Assembly (NCBI GenBank): GCA_963832745.1
Contig: CAWHVC010000002.1
Coordinates: 192,001-256,000 of the forward strand
Direction: 5' to 3'
DNA from: Candidatus Bathyarchaeota archaeon
GTDB taxonomy: Archaea > Thermoproteota > Bathyarchaeia > Bathyarchaeales > Bathycorpusculaceae
Length of the DNA stretch: 64,000 nucleotides
Each line of letters starts with the position of its first letter. The first letter of the stretch is position 1. The notes below the pieces were generated by a model, which made no database searches, had not been told where the DNA came from, and worked only from the letters and a program-made list of their open reading frames with translations. Shown here piece after piece: positions 26,819 to 36,637 of this stretch. A program made the translations under genes and the position numbers.

Positions 26819-27823
26819 ATGAAAGCCCAAGTATGCACCAGAATTGACAAAATCGAAAACCATCCTCTAGTTTACATGAATGTTGCTGACCCAAAACCTG
26901 CATCACATCAGCTTCTGATTAAAGTCAAAGCATGCGGAGTATGCTACAGCAACCTACACATGATAGAAGGCGAACTGCAAAAGTTCGGCGTACCTAGCCG
27001 TTTACCAATTATTCCCGGACACGAAGTCACCGGTATAGTCGAGAAAGCTGGTAGTGCCACTTTTGGTTTTCATAAAGGTGACCATGTAGGCGTCCAAGTT
27101 CTTTGGAGAGCTGATGGAACCTGCGAATTCTGCCTAAACGGAAAAGAAAACCTGTGCACTAACAAGCAAACAACAGGAGAAACCGTGGACGGCGGATATG
27201 CAGAATACATGACCATACCAAGCACGTTTGCTTACCATTTGCCTGACTGCCTAGGTTTTGAAGAGAGCGCTTCCCTGTTTTGCCCCGGTGTTACAGGTTA
27301 TCATGCGGTAAAACGGGCTGGTCTCCAGTTAGGTCAAAAAGCTGCAATTATCGGAATCGGAGGCGTTGGACACATGACTTTGCAGTTTGCTAAGCTGGCT
27401 GGTGCCCACACTGTAGCCGTAGACACAACAGAAGATAAGCTAAAACTGGCAGAACATATTGGCGCCGATGAAGCGTTAACTGCCGACAAAGTTGACGCGT
27501 ATATTGGAAAATCTGGCAAGTTTGACGTAGTTTTTGTTCATGCACCATCCCAGAAAGCTGTTGACCAAGCAATGCGGATTGTTAAGAGGGGCGGCACAGT
27601 TCTTATGGGCGTGTTTGGTAATACTGCGATTAATTTTCCTGATGAAAACTCGGTTGTCGGCAGCGTTATTGGAACAAGACATGATATGATTGAAACCTTA
27701 AAGCTTGCTTCTGAGGGTAAAATAAAAGTTGATTGGACCGCTTACCCTCTCAGCGAAGCCGAAGACGTGCTAATTAAGTTAAAGCAGGGCAAGATTGTTG
27801 GACGGGCAATTTTAGTGCCTTAA
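26819..27823 (+). CDS. zinc-dependent alcohol dehydrogenase
   Basis: CGVC, GHE, C..C......C, GIGGVG. Confidence 0.93.
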   Translation: MKAQVCTRIDKIENHPLVYMNVADPKPASHQLLIKVKACGVCYSNLHMIEGELQKFGVPSRLPIIPGHEVTGIVEKAGSATFGFHKGDHVGVQVLWRADGTCEFCLNGKENLCTNKQTTGETVDGGYAEYMTIPSTFAYHLPDCLGFEESASLFCPGVTGYHAVKRAGLQLGQKAAIIGIGGVGHMTLQFAKLAGAHTVAVDTTEDKLKLAEHIGADEALTADKVDAYIGKSGKFDVVFVHAPSQKAVDQAMRIVKRGGTVLMGVFGNTAINFPDENSVVGSVIGTRHDMIETLKLASEGKIKVDWTAYPLSEAEDVLIKLKQGKIVGRAILVP

Positions 27824-28012
27824 CCATTTTTCATTTTTAATTTTGTTTCTGCAGTTCGTTTTATTACTCAAAATGGTTTTGTCACGTTTTTTTCGTGTTT
27901 TCCGAAAGGTAAATAGCTTGAGTATAACCAGATATTTCATGAACGCAAACTTTCTCTCACTAAGGCGTTTCTACGCGCCGAAGTCTCAGATGGCAACTTC
28001 AAGGGGAAAAAA

Positions 28013-30811
28013 ATGGCAACAACATCTAAACAAAAAATTACAACCTTCCTGATCATTTCAATTCTTGTAGCTTCAAGTTTCGCTTTACTAATAACCATAC
28101 AAAACCCTGCAAACGCGGCAGCTTCCAGTGACCTGCTCCAGTATGAGTGGCCGCAGTTTAACGGTGACTCCTCATTTACACGGTTCGCAGACGGTCCCGC
28201 GCCAACAACATCCGAAGTCACTTGGGACGCTAACGTCACTAACTTAAGCAGTTATCTTGCAGCCTTTAATGGCATGGTTTTTGCCTGTACAAACAGTTCA
28301 GTGATAGCTTTAAACCGTGACACAGGCGCAACCATTTGGAGTACAGAAATTCCGATGAATGGCAGCTGGCCAGTAGCATACAAACTTGACGACACCCGCA
28401 TGTTAGTGGAGGGTACTTGTCTTGAAACTGCAACAGGCCACATTCTTTGGACGAGCGGCAACTTCACTGCAGACACCGGAAACTTCAACTCTAACGTGTA
28501 CGTTCCCGAAGAAAAAATGTTTTACATAAAAGTGGACGCGTTTGTTGAAGCATGGAACTTCTCTGACCTTTCAAAGCCACCCACCTTAGCTTGGACAACT
28601 TATGTTCCAGGCGGAGGTAGAGTTGGTTCAGGCATAACATATGGTGATGGCAAAGTTTTTCCCGGCTCATTCCAAGACCAGCAAATAGCTATTGACGCTA
28701 AAACAGGCAAAGTTCTGTGGACTACTTTCACAAAAACTGCGATGATTTTCTTTGGCTCCTACGCTGATGGTAAATTCGTCAGGGGCGGCAGCGACGACAA
28801 CACAATGTACTGTTTTGATGCAGACACTGGAAAGATCCTGTGGACTTACACTGCTGACACTTCAGGCTATTTCTGTTCTGGCACCGCAATCGGTTACGGC
28901 ATGGTTTATTCACCTAACAAGGATGGTTACATTTACGCTATCAACTTAGATAACGGCAAACTTGCATGGCGGTATAAAGGTCCAGGAACAATGCTGTTTC
29001 CAGGCATGCCAACAGTTGCTGATGGTAAAGTTTATGTTACTTCAGGACAAAACGCCCAGTACGGTGATGAGTCTGGGTCTTCACAGTTTGCTTGTTTAGA
29101 TGCTTTCACTGGAAAAGCTATTTGGACATTGCCGATTGAAGCTTATGCTCCAAGAGAATCCGTTGCAATCGCATACGGTTACCTGTACCTTATTCCAGGT
29201 GAAGTCACTAAAGCAGTTGATTCAACTTCAGGAAACGAATATGCCGTGCAAGGTCACGTAATGGCTATTGCTTCAAAAAGCTCCGCGCCTGAAACTGGTT
29301 CATGGAGCATGTTCCGTCATGACGCAGACCGTTCCTCAATTGGTGAAGGTGGACCAGCAAACTTAAGCTTAGTCTGGAAGTTTACCACAGGCGGAGCAGT
29401 AATGTCTTCACCCACCGTCGTTAACGGAGTTGTGTATTTTGGCTCTCAAGACCATAACGTTTACGCGGTTAACGCTTGGAGTGGTAACCTAATTTGGAAA
29501 TTCACAACCAATAACACGATTGAATCTTCAATGGCGGTTGTCGACAATAAAGTTGTAACCGGTGCAGAAGACGGTTACGTTTACTGTCTTGATGCTTATA
29601 GTGGTAAAATGCAGTGGAAGACGTTTGTTAACTCAGATTTGCCTGTGACTTACGGTTCAGCAGTTATGATTCGCTCTTCTCCTGCAGTAATTGATGACAC
29701 AGTATACATTGGCTCTTTAGACGGCAACATTTACGCACTTAACTTCACTGACGGCGCAGTTATTTGGAAATACCAGACAGGCGGTTGGATAAAATCTTCA
29801 CCAACAGTTTCTGACGGCGCAGTTTACGTTACTTCAGAAACACCTGACACCGGCACAATATACAAACTTAATGCAGTCGACGGCAGCTTAATTTGGAAAC
29901 AAAGCATCCCCTATGAAGTTCAATTCACCGGCGGCAACGACATGATAGGCACCCCCACAGTCGCTGACGGCAAAGTCTTCACTTCAGCAAACCTGCGAAC
30001 CTACTACTGCTTAAACGCTCAAAACGGAGCAGTAATCTGGAACTTTACAAACCCGGAAGCCAACGAATTCATCGTATCCTCCCCAATCTACCTTAACGGG
30101 CAAGTATTCATAGTTGACAAATTTGATATAACCAGCCTAAACGCAACCACAGGCCAAAAAATCTGGAACACATTCACAGGCGACGAATACTACGTTTCAC
30201 CATCGTATGCTGACGGAAAAATCTACTTAGTTACAAGCGAACGCAACATATTCATTTTTGACGCAGTAACAGGCGAAAAACTAGACCGATACATTCTGCC
30301 TTCTGCAAGCTGGTCCTCACCAACACCTTACGGCGGCATGCTATACATTGGAAGCAAAGACTGGAACCTTTACTGTCTTGGCGAATACAATACACAAACA
30401 ATGACTATCACGTTGCAAGCCGATAAGTCGCAACTAAAAACAGACGAGACAATTACTTTTTCAGGACAGCTTTCGCCAGTTAGACCAAGCGTTAATCTTG
30501 ACCTTGTTTTAACTAAACCTGACGGGTCAACACAAACAATTACAATCACCACCGAACCTGACGGGTCATACAGTTACGTTTACGCTCCAAATATTGATGG
30601 CACATACAGTGTCACTGCAACCTACCAGTCACAGCCGCCCGTTTCAAGTTCACCGTTAACTTTCACGTTGAATCAAGCAACTTCCGTTTCGCCTTCACCA
30701 ACAGCATCCGCCGTGGCCACGATACCTGACTACATTTACGCTATCGTGTTTGTGCTTGTGATTCTCCTCATTGTGGCAGTAGCGCTTCTCGTTTTAAGAA
30801 GACGTCACTAA
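28013..30811 (+). CDS. secreted PQQ-like beta-propeller repeat protein with Ig-like domain and C-terminal TM anchor
   Basis: Signal peptide; many SSP.V.DG.VY.GS.D..VYA.NA..G..IW repeats; TM followed by RRRH. Confidence 0.9.
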   Translation: MATTSKQKITTFLIISILVASSFALLITIQNPANAAASSDLLQYEWPQFNGDSSFTRFADGPAPTTSEVTWDANVTNLSSYLAAFNGMVFACTNSSVIALNRDTGATIWSTEIPMNGSWPVAYKLDDTRMLVEGTCLETATGHILWTSGNFTADTGNFNSNVYVPEEKMFYIKVDAFVEAWNFSDLSKPPTLAWTTYVPGGGRVGSGITYGDGKVFPGSFQDQQIAIDAKTGKVLWTTFTKTAMIFFGSYADGKFVRGGSDDNTMYCFDADTGKILWTYTADTSGYFCSGTAIGYGMVYSPNKDGYIYAINLDNGKLAWRYKGPGTMLFPGMPTVADGKVYVTSGQNAQYGDESGSSQFACLDAFTGKAIWTLPIEAYAPRESVAIAYGYLYLIPGEVTKAVDSTSGNEYAVQGHVMAIASKSSAPETGSWSMFRHDADRSSIGEGGPANLSLVWKFTTGGAVMSSPTVVNGVVYFGSQDHNVYAVNAWSGNLIWKFTTNNTIESSMAVVDNKVVTGAEDGYVYCLDAYSGKMQWKTFVNSDLPVTYGSAVMIRSSPAVIDDTVYIGSLDGNIYALNFTDGAVIWKYQTGGWIKSSPTVSDGAVYVTSETPDTGTIYKLNAVDGSLIWKQSIPYEVQFTGGNDMIGTPTVADGKVFTSANLRTYYCLNAQNGAVIWNFTNPEANEFIVSSPIYLNGQVFIVDKFDITSLNATTGQKIWNTFTGDEYYVSPSYADGKIYLVTSERNIFIFDAVTGEKLDRYILPSASWSSPTPYGGMLYIGSKDWNLYCLGEYNTQTMTITLQADKSQLKTDETITFSGQLSPVRPSVNLDLVLTKPDGSTQTITITTEPDGSYSYVYAPNIDGTYSVTATYQSQPPVSSSPLTFTLNQATSVSPSPTASAVATIPDYIYAIVFVLVILLIVAVALLVLRRRH

Positions 30812-30832
30812 ACAACATATTTTTTCTTTTTT

Positions 30833-32485
30833 TTATTCCTCATTTATAGGAAAATCTAAGGTAAACGTGGTTCCTTTGCCCAGTTCACTTTCAAAACCTA
30901 TTTTGCCACCCATTTTTTCAACCAACCGTTTAACAACTGCCAAACCAAACCCTTGACCCTTCGATTTTGTGGTCATTAAAGGCTGAAAAATTTTAGGTTT
31001 AATCTCGTCAGGTATGCCAATTCCAGTGTCTTGAATGCTTATACAAACGCTGTCTTTCTTTTTAAAGACACGTATGGTTAATTTTCCTCCGTTAGGCATC
31101 GCTTGAATCGCATTAGTTGCCAGGTTAACTAGTACACGTTTGAGAAATGTTACGTCTAATCTTAACATTGGCAAGTCTTTGCTGCATAAAGCGTAAGCTT
31201 CAACGTCCTGAGGCAAAGGAACAGTTGAAAGAAGTCTTGGGATTGTTACGCATAAATCAACGTCTGAAAGTTCAGGTTGTAATGGGCGGGAATAATCCTG
31301 CAGATCAGAAATTATCTTGTTAATGTAATCAATCTGCTCTTGGATTGAACGGAGGCTTTCTTGGACGTTGTCTTTGCACGGGCTGTCTGGTGAAGTATCT
31401 ATTTCTTGTTTCATCAAAAATAAGTCCCCTGCAATAGCTTGCAGCGGATTACGGATATCATGTCCAATCATGCCTGCGGTTTGCCCAATAGCAGCTAAAC
31501 GTTCCGCAGCCTTAAGCTGTTTAGTTCTTTCTTCAACAAGCAACTCCAGATTCTTGGCGTAATCCGCCAGCTTCTTCTCATCTTGTTTACGTTCAGTGAT
31601 ATCTTGCTCAACGCCATCAACTATTGTTGGTTTATTGTCTGCATCAACTTCTTTTACCATTCTTTCTGAATGTATAGTGCGCACGGAGCCATCTTGACGG
31701 ATAATACGGTAATCAAAACTTGCCTTTGTATCCGCGGTTCCTTCAAACAGTAGTTCCCTTGACTTCCTGTTGATGTTTTCGCGGTCTTCAGGATGAATTT
31801 TTGAAATATAGTCGTTAACGCTGGGGCCAAACTGTTGCGGTTTTAAGCCAAAAATGTGAAAAAGCTCTTCAGACCAGATTGCTTTATCTTCTTTACCATT
31901 ATATTCCCAGTTCCCTAAATGTGCAATACGTTGAGCCCAGTTTAGCCTTTTTTCGCTTTCTCTTAAATCCTCTTGAATTTTTAATCGTTCGGTTACATCA
32001 TCAAAAATTGCAACTGCCGCGTTAATGTTGCCTTCTTTATCGTATAGGGGTGTTGCACTGACATTAACAGTTAAATGTTTCTTATCTGTTAAGCGTTCAA
32101 TTACTATTGGGAGATTAAGGATTGTTTCACCGTAAAATAAAGCACGATAAGTGTATAATTCCTTGGTTGGGTAAATGTTACTATTTAACTCAAAAATTTT
32201 GAGGTCTTTTGCATGCTCATAAAATTCAAGCCCACATGGGTTAACGCCATGTAATTCAACAGTGCGCTGATTAACAAAAACGATTTTTCCCCGCGGTTTT
32301 ACAATTACAATTACTGCGGATGGAATATTTTCTAAAATCGCTTCAAGCATATCCCTATTTAGGGAACGGTACTGGCAGGTGTCTGCTGTTTTAGGTAGTT
32401 TTTTAGAGAAATTGTTTTTACCTGCATTATTTGAAGCTGCTTTAGACTTGTTTGTTTTGGTAGAGTAACCAGATAACTCCACCAT
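30833..32485 (-). CDS. PAS-domain sensor histidine kinase
   Basis: Two PAS domains; HDIRNPLQ H-box; NAIQAM, DTGIG, GQGFGL. Confidence 0.93.
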   Translation of the reverse strand: MVELSGYSTKTNKSKAASNNAGKNNFSKKLPKTADTCQYRSLNRDMLEAILENIPSAVIVIVKPRGKIVFVNQRTVELHGVNPCGLEFYEHAKDLKIFELNSNIYPTKELYTYRALFYGETILNLPIVIERLTDKKHLTVNVSATPLYDKEGNINAAVAIFDDVTERLKIQEDLRESEKRLNWAQRIAHLGNWEYNGKEDKAIWSEELFHIFGLKPQQFGPSVNDYISKIHPEDRENINRKSRELLFEGTADTKASFDYRIIRQDGSVRTIHSERMVKEVDADNKPTIVDGVEQDITERKQDEKKLADYAKNLELLVEERTKQLKAAERLAAIGQTAGMIGHDIRNPLQAIAGDLFLMKQEIDTSPDSPCKDNVQESLRSIQEQIDYINKIISDLQDYSRPLQPELSDVDLCVTIPRLLSTVPLPQDVEAYALCSKDLPMLRLDVTFLKRVLVNLATNAIQAMPNGGKLTIRVFKKKDSVCISIQDTGIGIPDEIKPKIFQPLMTTKSKGQGFGLAVVKRLVEKMGGKIGFESELGKGTTFTLDFPINEE

Positions 32486-32778
32486 AAAACGATTCCTCCG
32501 CTAAAAATTATAGAATCTTTCAATTAAAGAAACATTGTAGTGGTGAATTAAGTTTTTGTTTATGTTAACCTGTTATCTTAGCGAAAAGTTTTTGAAATTT
32601 GGTTTAAGAAAATTTTAAGCAGAACCCTTTTTCTTTCGTTAACGGGTCTTCATTTTTTAGCCTGTTGAGTATACTTTTGCTTATGCCGTCTTGCAGCATT
32701 TGTGGGTATTCATGTCTTTTGGGGCTTGATTAAAACGGTAAGGTTATAATGGAGAATTTTAACTAACGTTGTAACTGA

Positions 32779-32851
32779 AGCCCAGTGGTGTAGTGGTCAA
32801 GCATAGGGGCCTCTGGAGCCCTTGACAAGAGTTCGAATCTCTTCTGGGCTA
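32779..32851 (+). tRNA. tRNA-Gln(CTG), CCA not encoded
   Basis: AGCCCAG/CTGGGCT acceptor stem, anticodon loop CT-CTG-GA, GTTCGAATC. Confidence 0.93.
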
Positions 32852-32924
32852 CTTCTATTCTGGAAATTTTTTCAAGTCTATACTAAAAAGTTATTAAACA
32901 TAGCATTATTTCTGAATCGTTACT

Positions 32925-33806
32925 ATGTCTCGTAACCCAACAGTTTTCAATGCCCATCAATCATCAACCTCAAAATACTTCAGCATAATATTCGTGCTAA
33001 TAATTGCAGTACCCATAAGCATCATATTATACTTGACACTTGAAGGGCCATTGATTTTTTCAGCCATCATGTCGGCTGTACTCATAGGACTTCTTGTTTT
33101 GTTGGCTTACCTTGCATTAGCAGGAGGTACCGCACGCTATGAAGTTTCATCAAAAGCGTTACGGGTCAATTTTGGGTTAATCAAAAAAACCATTCCTTAC
33201 AAAAGAATCATCAAAGCCGAAGTCGTGGACATGAATATTACTTTGCGGTTGTTTGGCGCTAGCCTTCCCGGGGTACATTTAGGCTTATTTAGAACAAGCA
33301 TTGGCAACGTGCATCTTTATGCCACCAAAATTTCAGGCAGTTTTGTCGTGCTAACTCTTGCTGATGGAGAAAAATATGCGCTTTCTCCTGAGGAGCCTCA
33401 TGGTTTGCTTGAAGCAATAGAGCAAAATCGTTCATTTTTCGGCGTGCAGGAGCCTGCAGAGATAGCTCAGAAAGAAAAGTCTCTTTCACGGCTTGTTTAC
33501 CTGCAGGTTACAGCTGTAACTGTAATGTACATTGCTTACTTGGCTTATTTTATTTGGGTTTATGTCTCATTGCCCCAGATTGTGCCGCTGCATTATGGTT
33601 TTAATGGTGTGCCAAACCGTTTTGGCGACAAGTCCGAACTGCTGTGGATAGCAGGCATTGCCGGGGTATTTCCAGTAATTAACGCTGTCTTATCTCTCAA
33701 ATTTGGCAAGCACGAACGCGGCTTTGTTATCATGCTTGGCGCCATATTCATAGCGGTCATAGCAACGTTTTTTGCTATAACTTATTACACTGTCGGCTTA
33801 ATCTAA
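32925..33806 (+). CDS. membrane protein, bacterial PH domain + DUF1648
   Basis: LRLFGASLPG..LG.F, ALSPEEP; LPQIVPLHYGFNG.PNRFGDK. Confidence 0.8.
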   Translation: MSRNPTVFNAHQSSTSKYFSIIFVLIIAVPISIILYLTLEGPLIFSAIMSAVLIGLLVLLAYLALAGGTARYEVSSKALRVNFGLIKKTIPYKRIIKAEVVDMNITLRLFGASLPGVHLGLFRTSIGNVHLYATKISGSFVVLTLADGEKYALSPEEPHGLLEAIEQNRSFFGVQEPAEIAQKEKSLSRLVYLQVTAVTVMYIAYLAYFIWVYVSLPQIVPLHYGFNGVPNRFGDKSELLWIAGIAGVFPVINAVLSLKFGKHERGFVIMLGAIFIAVIATFFAITYYTVGLI

Positions 33807-33895
33807 AGCAAACCTTTGCCTCCAAGGTCTTTGTCACTATATCAACAAAAACTAATAATTCCCTGACAAACCAATTACCCTAAGGTAATAAACAG

Positions 33896-34768
33896 TTGAA
33901 CGGGAACGTAATTGTTCTACCTGACGGACGCAACCTCGGCTACATCAAAATCGGTGAAGGTACTCCAGTCATTTATTTTCATGGAACCGCCAGCAGCCGC
34001 CTTGAAGTTTTATTGCTAAAACGCCTGGCGGAAACTGCTCAACTGCAACTTATCGGTGTTGATCGCCCCGGTTACGGCTTATCAACCTATAAATCCCGAA
34101 AAAATCTCCAAGACTTCAATGTTGACCTCAACTATTTGGCTGATTCCTTGGGTTTGGAACGGTTTGCGGTTTTGGGGTGGTCAGGTGGAGGCGTTTTTGC
34201 CCTCGCATACTGTGCCTATAATCCTATGCATGTAACTAAAGCCGTTCTGGTTGGTGCGCCGTCATTGCCTTTTGACGTTTCCACTGCCCACAACATGCCC
34301 TTGGCACGTTATATCATGAAGCTTCCATACGTCGGCGAATTAGCCATGCGCCAGTTAAGCCGGCAACTGCTTAAAACTAACGGCGACACAGCAGCGTTTC
34401 TGGCGACACGACAAGGAAAACAGTTACTGCATGGGTGCTCAGAGGGCGACTTGAACTTTTTTAATAATTCGCAATGGCTTAGCAAGATGTATGAGTCAAT
34501 GGCAGAGGCTTTTCATCAAGGTAACTTGGGCGTAAAAACTGTAGTTGAGGAGCACCAACTTTTCATTAAGCCTTGGAATTTTCCTTTTTCAACACTTGAT
34601 GGCGGCAACGTATGGATTTGGCATGGGGCGCAAGATTTGACTTGTCGTGTCAGCAACGCTTATGCCAACGCAAAAGTTATCCCAAAATCTAACATCGAAG
34701 TTTTTGCTAACTCTGGACATTATGTAATGTTTGAGCAACTCGACAAGCTTGCTAATGTTCTCTCCTGA
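33896..34768 (+). CDS. alpha/beta hydrolase
   Basis: HG, DRPGYGLS, GWSGGG, WHG..D, GH. Confidence 0.9.
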   Translation: MNGNVIVLPDGRNLGYIKIGEGTPVIYFHGTASSRLEVLLLKRLAETAQLQLIGVDRPGYGLSTYKSRKNLQDFNVDLNYLADSLGLERFAVLGWSGGGVFALAYCAYNPMHVTKAVLVGAPSLPFDVSTAHNMPLARYIMKLPYVGELAMRQLSRQLLKTNGDTAAFLATRQGKQLLHGCSEGDLNFFNNSQWLSKMYESMAEAFHQGNLGVKTVVEEHQLFIKPWNFPFSTLDGGNVWIWHGAQDLTCRVSNAYANAKVIPKSNIEVFANSGHYVMFEQLDKLANVLS

Positions 34769-36047
34769 CTCCTCTATCGTTGCTTAGTATTCGTACACAG
34801 TTTAACGCTGACAATGCTGATGTTTCCATACTTGAAGTTGCTGATTCAATAGCGTTAACATAAAACAGCCCCTTATCCAGTTGAGTTGGCGGCAACTTCG
34901 AAATTGGCTTGAACTTGGGGTAGGCTGCTTTCCAAGTGTGTTCCAAAACTGGGGTGGCTTGGCTTTTGAAGACTTCACGGAATAGGTTGTCGGGTAATGG
35001 TTCTGTTGAAGTTAAGGTGACTATTGATTCTTCATTTTCAGTTTTTTGGATGCTGCAGTGCATTATTGGGTCAGCCTCTTTTGTTGTTAAAACAATTGCT
35101 GGTCTCTCGGAGGCAGTGTCTAAGCCAAAATAGGCTGGGTCAAAAATTCCCCGCATAACCTTGGTAAACACGGGCTGGTACTGTTGAGGCTTCCAATTGG
35201 AAACGATGATGCCTTCTAATTCTATGCCTGCTAACTCCAAGGGAGCTGCAATGATTACATTGTCAAAAACATCCGTTTCCTTTCCCGTGGATACTTTGTA
35301 GGCGCCTTTGGCTGTTTTTTCTATGCTTGTCACTTTCTGGTCCTGCTTAAACACGACGTTTGAAGCCTCAACTAAATGAACTGGAAAAGCGTTGTTGCCT
35401 TCGGTGAAACGATAAATTGGGTAGCCATAAACGCCAATTAATGAACTTAGACCTGCAAATCCGCCTAAATCCGCGTTTTGACTGTAAATTGTTCTTGTTA
35501 TTGGGGTTGCTATCTCGTTTATGAATGCTTGGCTTATTCCAGCTTCGGTTAGAAGGGCATTGTATGATTTTTGGTAATACTCTTTAAGGCCTGTGGATTC
35601 AAAGAGACTGTCTATGTCGATTGGGTGTTGCTGCTCTTGCACGTAAAATTCGGATAGTTGTTTTTTGGCCTTGTTTAAGAGGCGTAACAGGTTAAGAACG
35701 CTTGTTCGGTATCTAGAAAAAATCTTTAACTCATTAAGCAACCCGTTTCTGTTTGACCTAAAAACGGTTTTGGAGCCATCCCAAACCATAAAATCCCCAT
35801 ATTCATCTACCTGCTGAAAATTCAGCTTTAGGTCATTTACCAACTCAAGAATTGTCGTGTTAGCGCCATTGAAAAATGCGGCGCCCAGCTCCAAGTTTGT
35901 GCCGTAGGTTTTTTGGGTTAGGATTCTGCCGCCTATCCGTTGTTGCATGTCATAGAGGGTTACTTTTGTGTCTGGTAAGTATTTGTGGGCAAAATAAGCC
36001 GCTGAGCATCCTGCGATGCCTGCTCCTACGATTGCTATTTTGGTCAT
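34752..36047 (-). CDS. FAD oxidoreductase, prenylcysteine oxidase/lyase-like
   Basis: GAGIAG, IGGR, ELGA, Y.QN...GFAGL.SL, AYP, YVNAIESATSSMETSALSA.N. Confidence 0.8.
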   Translation of the reverse strand: MTKIAIVGAGIAGCSAAYFAHKYLPDTKVTLYDMQQRIGGRILTQKTYGTNLELGAAFFNGANTTILELVNDLKLNFQQVDEYGDFMVWDGSKTVFRSNRNGLLNELKIFSRYRTSVLNLLRLLNKAKKQLSEFYVQEQQHPIDIDSLFESTGLKEYYQKSYNALLTEAGISQAFINEIATPITRTIYSQNADLGGFAGLSSLIGVYGYPIYRFTEGNNAFPVHLVEASNVVFKQDQKVTSIEKTAKGAYKVSTGKETDVFDNVIIAAPLELAGIELEGIIVSNWKPQQYQPVFTKVMRGIFDPAYFGLDTASERPAIVLTTKEADPIMHCSIQKTENEESIVTLTSTEPLPDNLFREVFKSQATPVLEHTWKAAYPKFKPISKLPPTQLDKGLFYVNAIESATSSMETSALSALNCVRILSNDRGVRREH

Positions 36048-36170
36048 TCTGGGTCAAAGAAACGTTTAGGGTCGAGCAAAATAAATGTGCTTGGTTTGAA
36101 AGGTTTTTAGTTAACGGTTTGGCGTAGTTTTTATATATCATTTTATCAAATAGAACCAGAGTGAAAAGTT

Positions 36171-36287
36171 ATGGCTGATTTGAAAGGTTGCCCGTTTGGT
36201 CAAGACATAAAAAATGACTGTAAAAACTGTGATTACGGCAATACAAACCATTTTGACGCTGCATCCGGGCAATGCGTTAAACGCTGA
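36171..36287 (+). CDS. 38-aa Cys-rich peptide (not in ORF track)
   Basis: MADLKGCPFGQDIKNDCKNCDYGNTNHFDAASGQCVKR; TATA-like TTTATATA upstream. Confidence 0.6.
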   Translation: MADLKGCPFGQDIKNDCKNCDYGNTNHFDAASGQCVKR

Positions 36288-36637
36288 CTTTTCTTGCATT
36301 ACACAGTTTATTCTGTTAGCGTGATTGCTTCTTAGAATTTTTGAAATGTATGTTGCCTGTTAGAGTGACTGCGTTTAGTTTTCGTGCTGTCGCTAAAATG
36401 TAAGCGTCGGCTAACCCGAAATCTTTTAGTGTTTTTCGCATTTCGCAGTCTCGTTTGGAAAGAAAGCTCTTCATCGGTATTGATTATTGATGAATTACTT
36501 GTAATAATGTCGTATGCAAGTTCTACGTTCATGCCTTTGCTTGTAATTTCTGCAATAGTTAAGGCTGAAATGAAAATTTCCTGCCTTTCTTCAAGTAAAC
36601 CCGCTTTGTTTTGTGAAAAACTTTCAAAACAAAACTT

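Noticed and set aside
28013-30811. PQQ-dependent dehydrogenase
   Set aside because: Only propeller repeats, with no recognisable catalytic motifs; a common surface-protein type.
32779-32851. tRNA-Gln as integration site of the 38-40 kb remnant
   Set aside because: No duplicate of its 3' end and no integrase found in the window.
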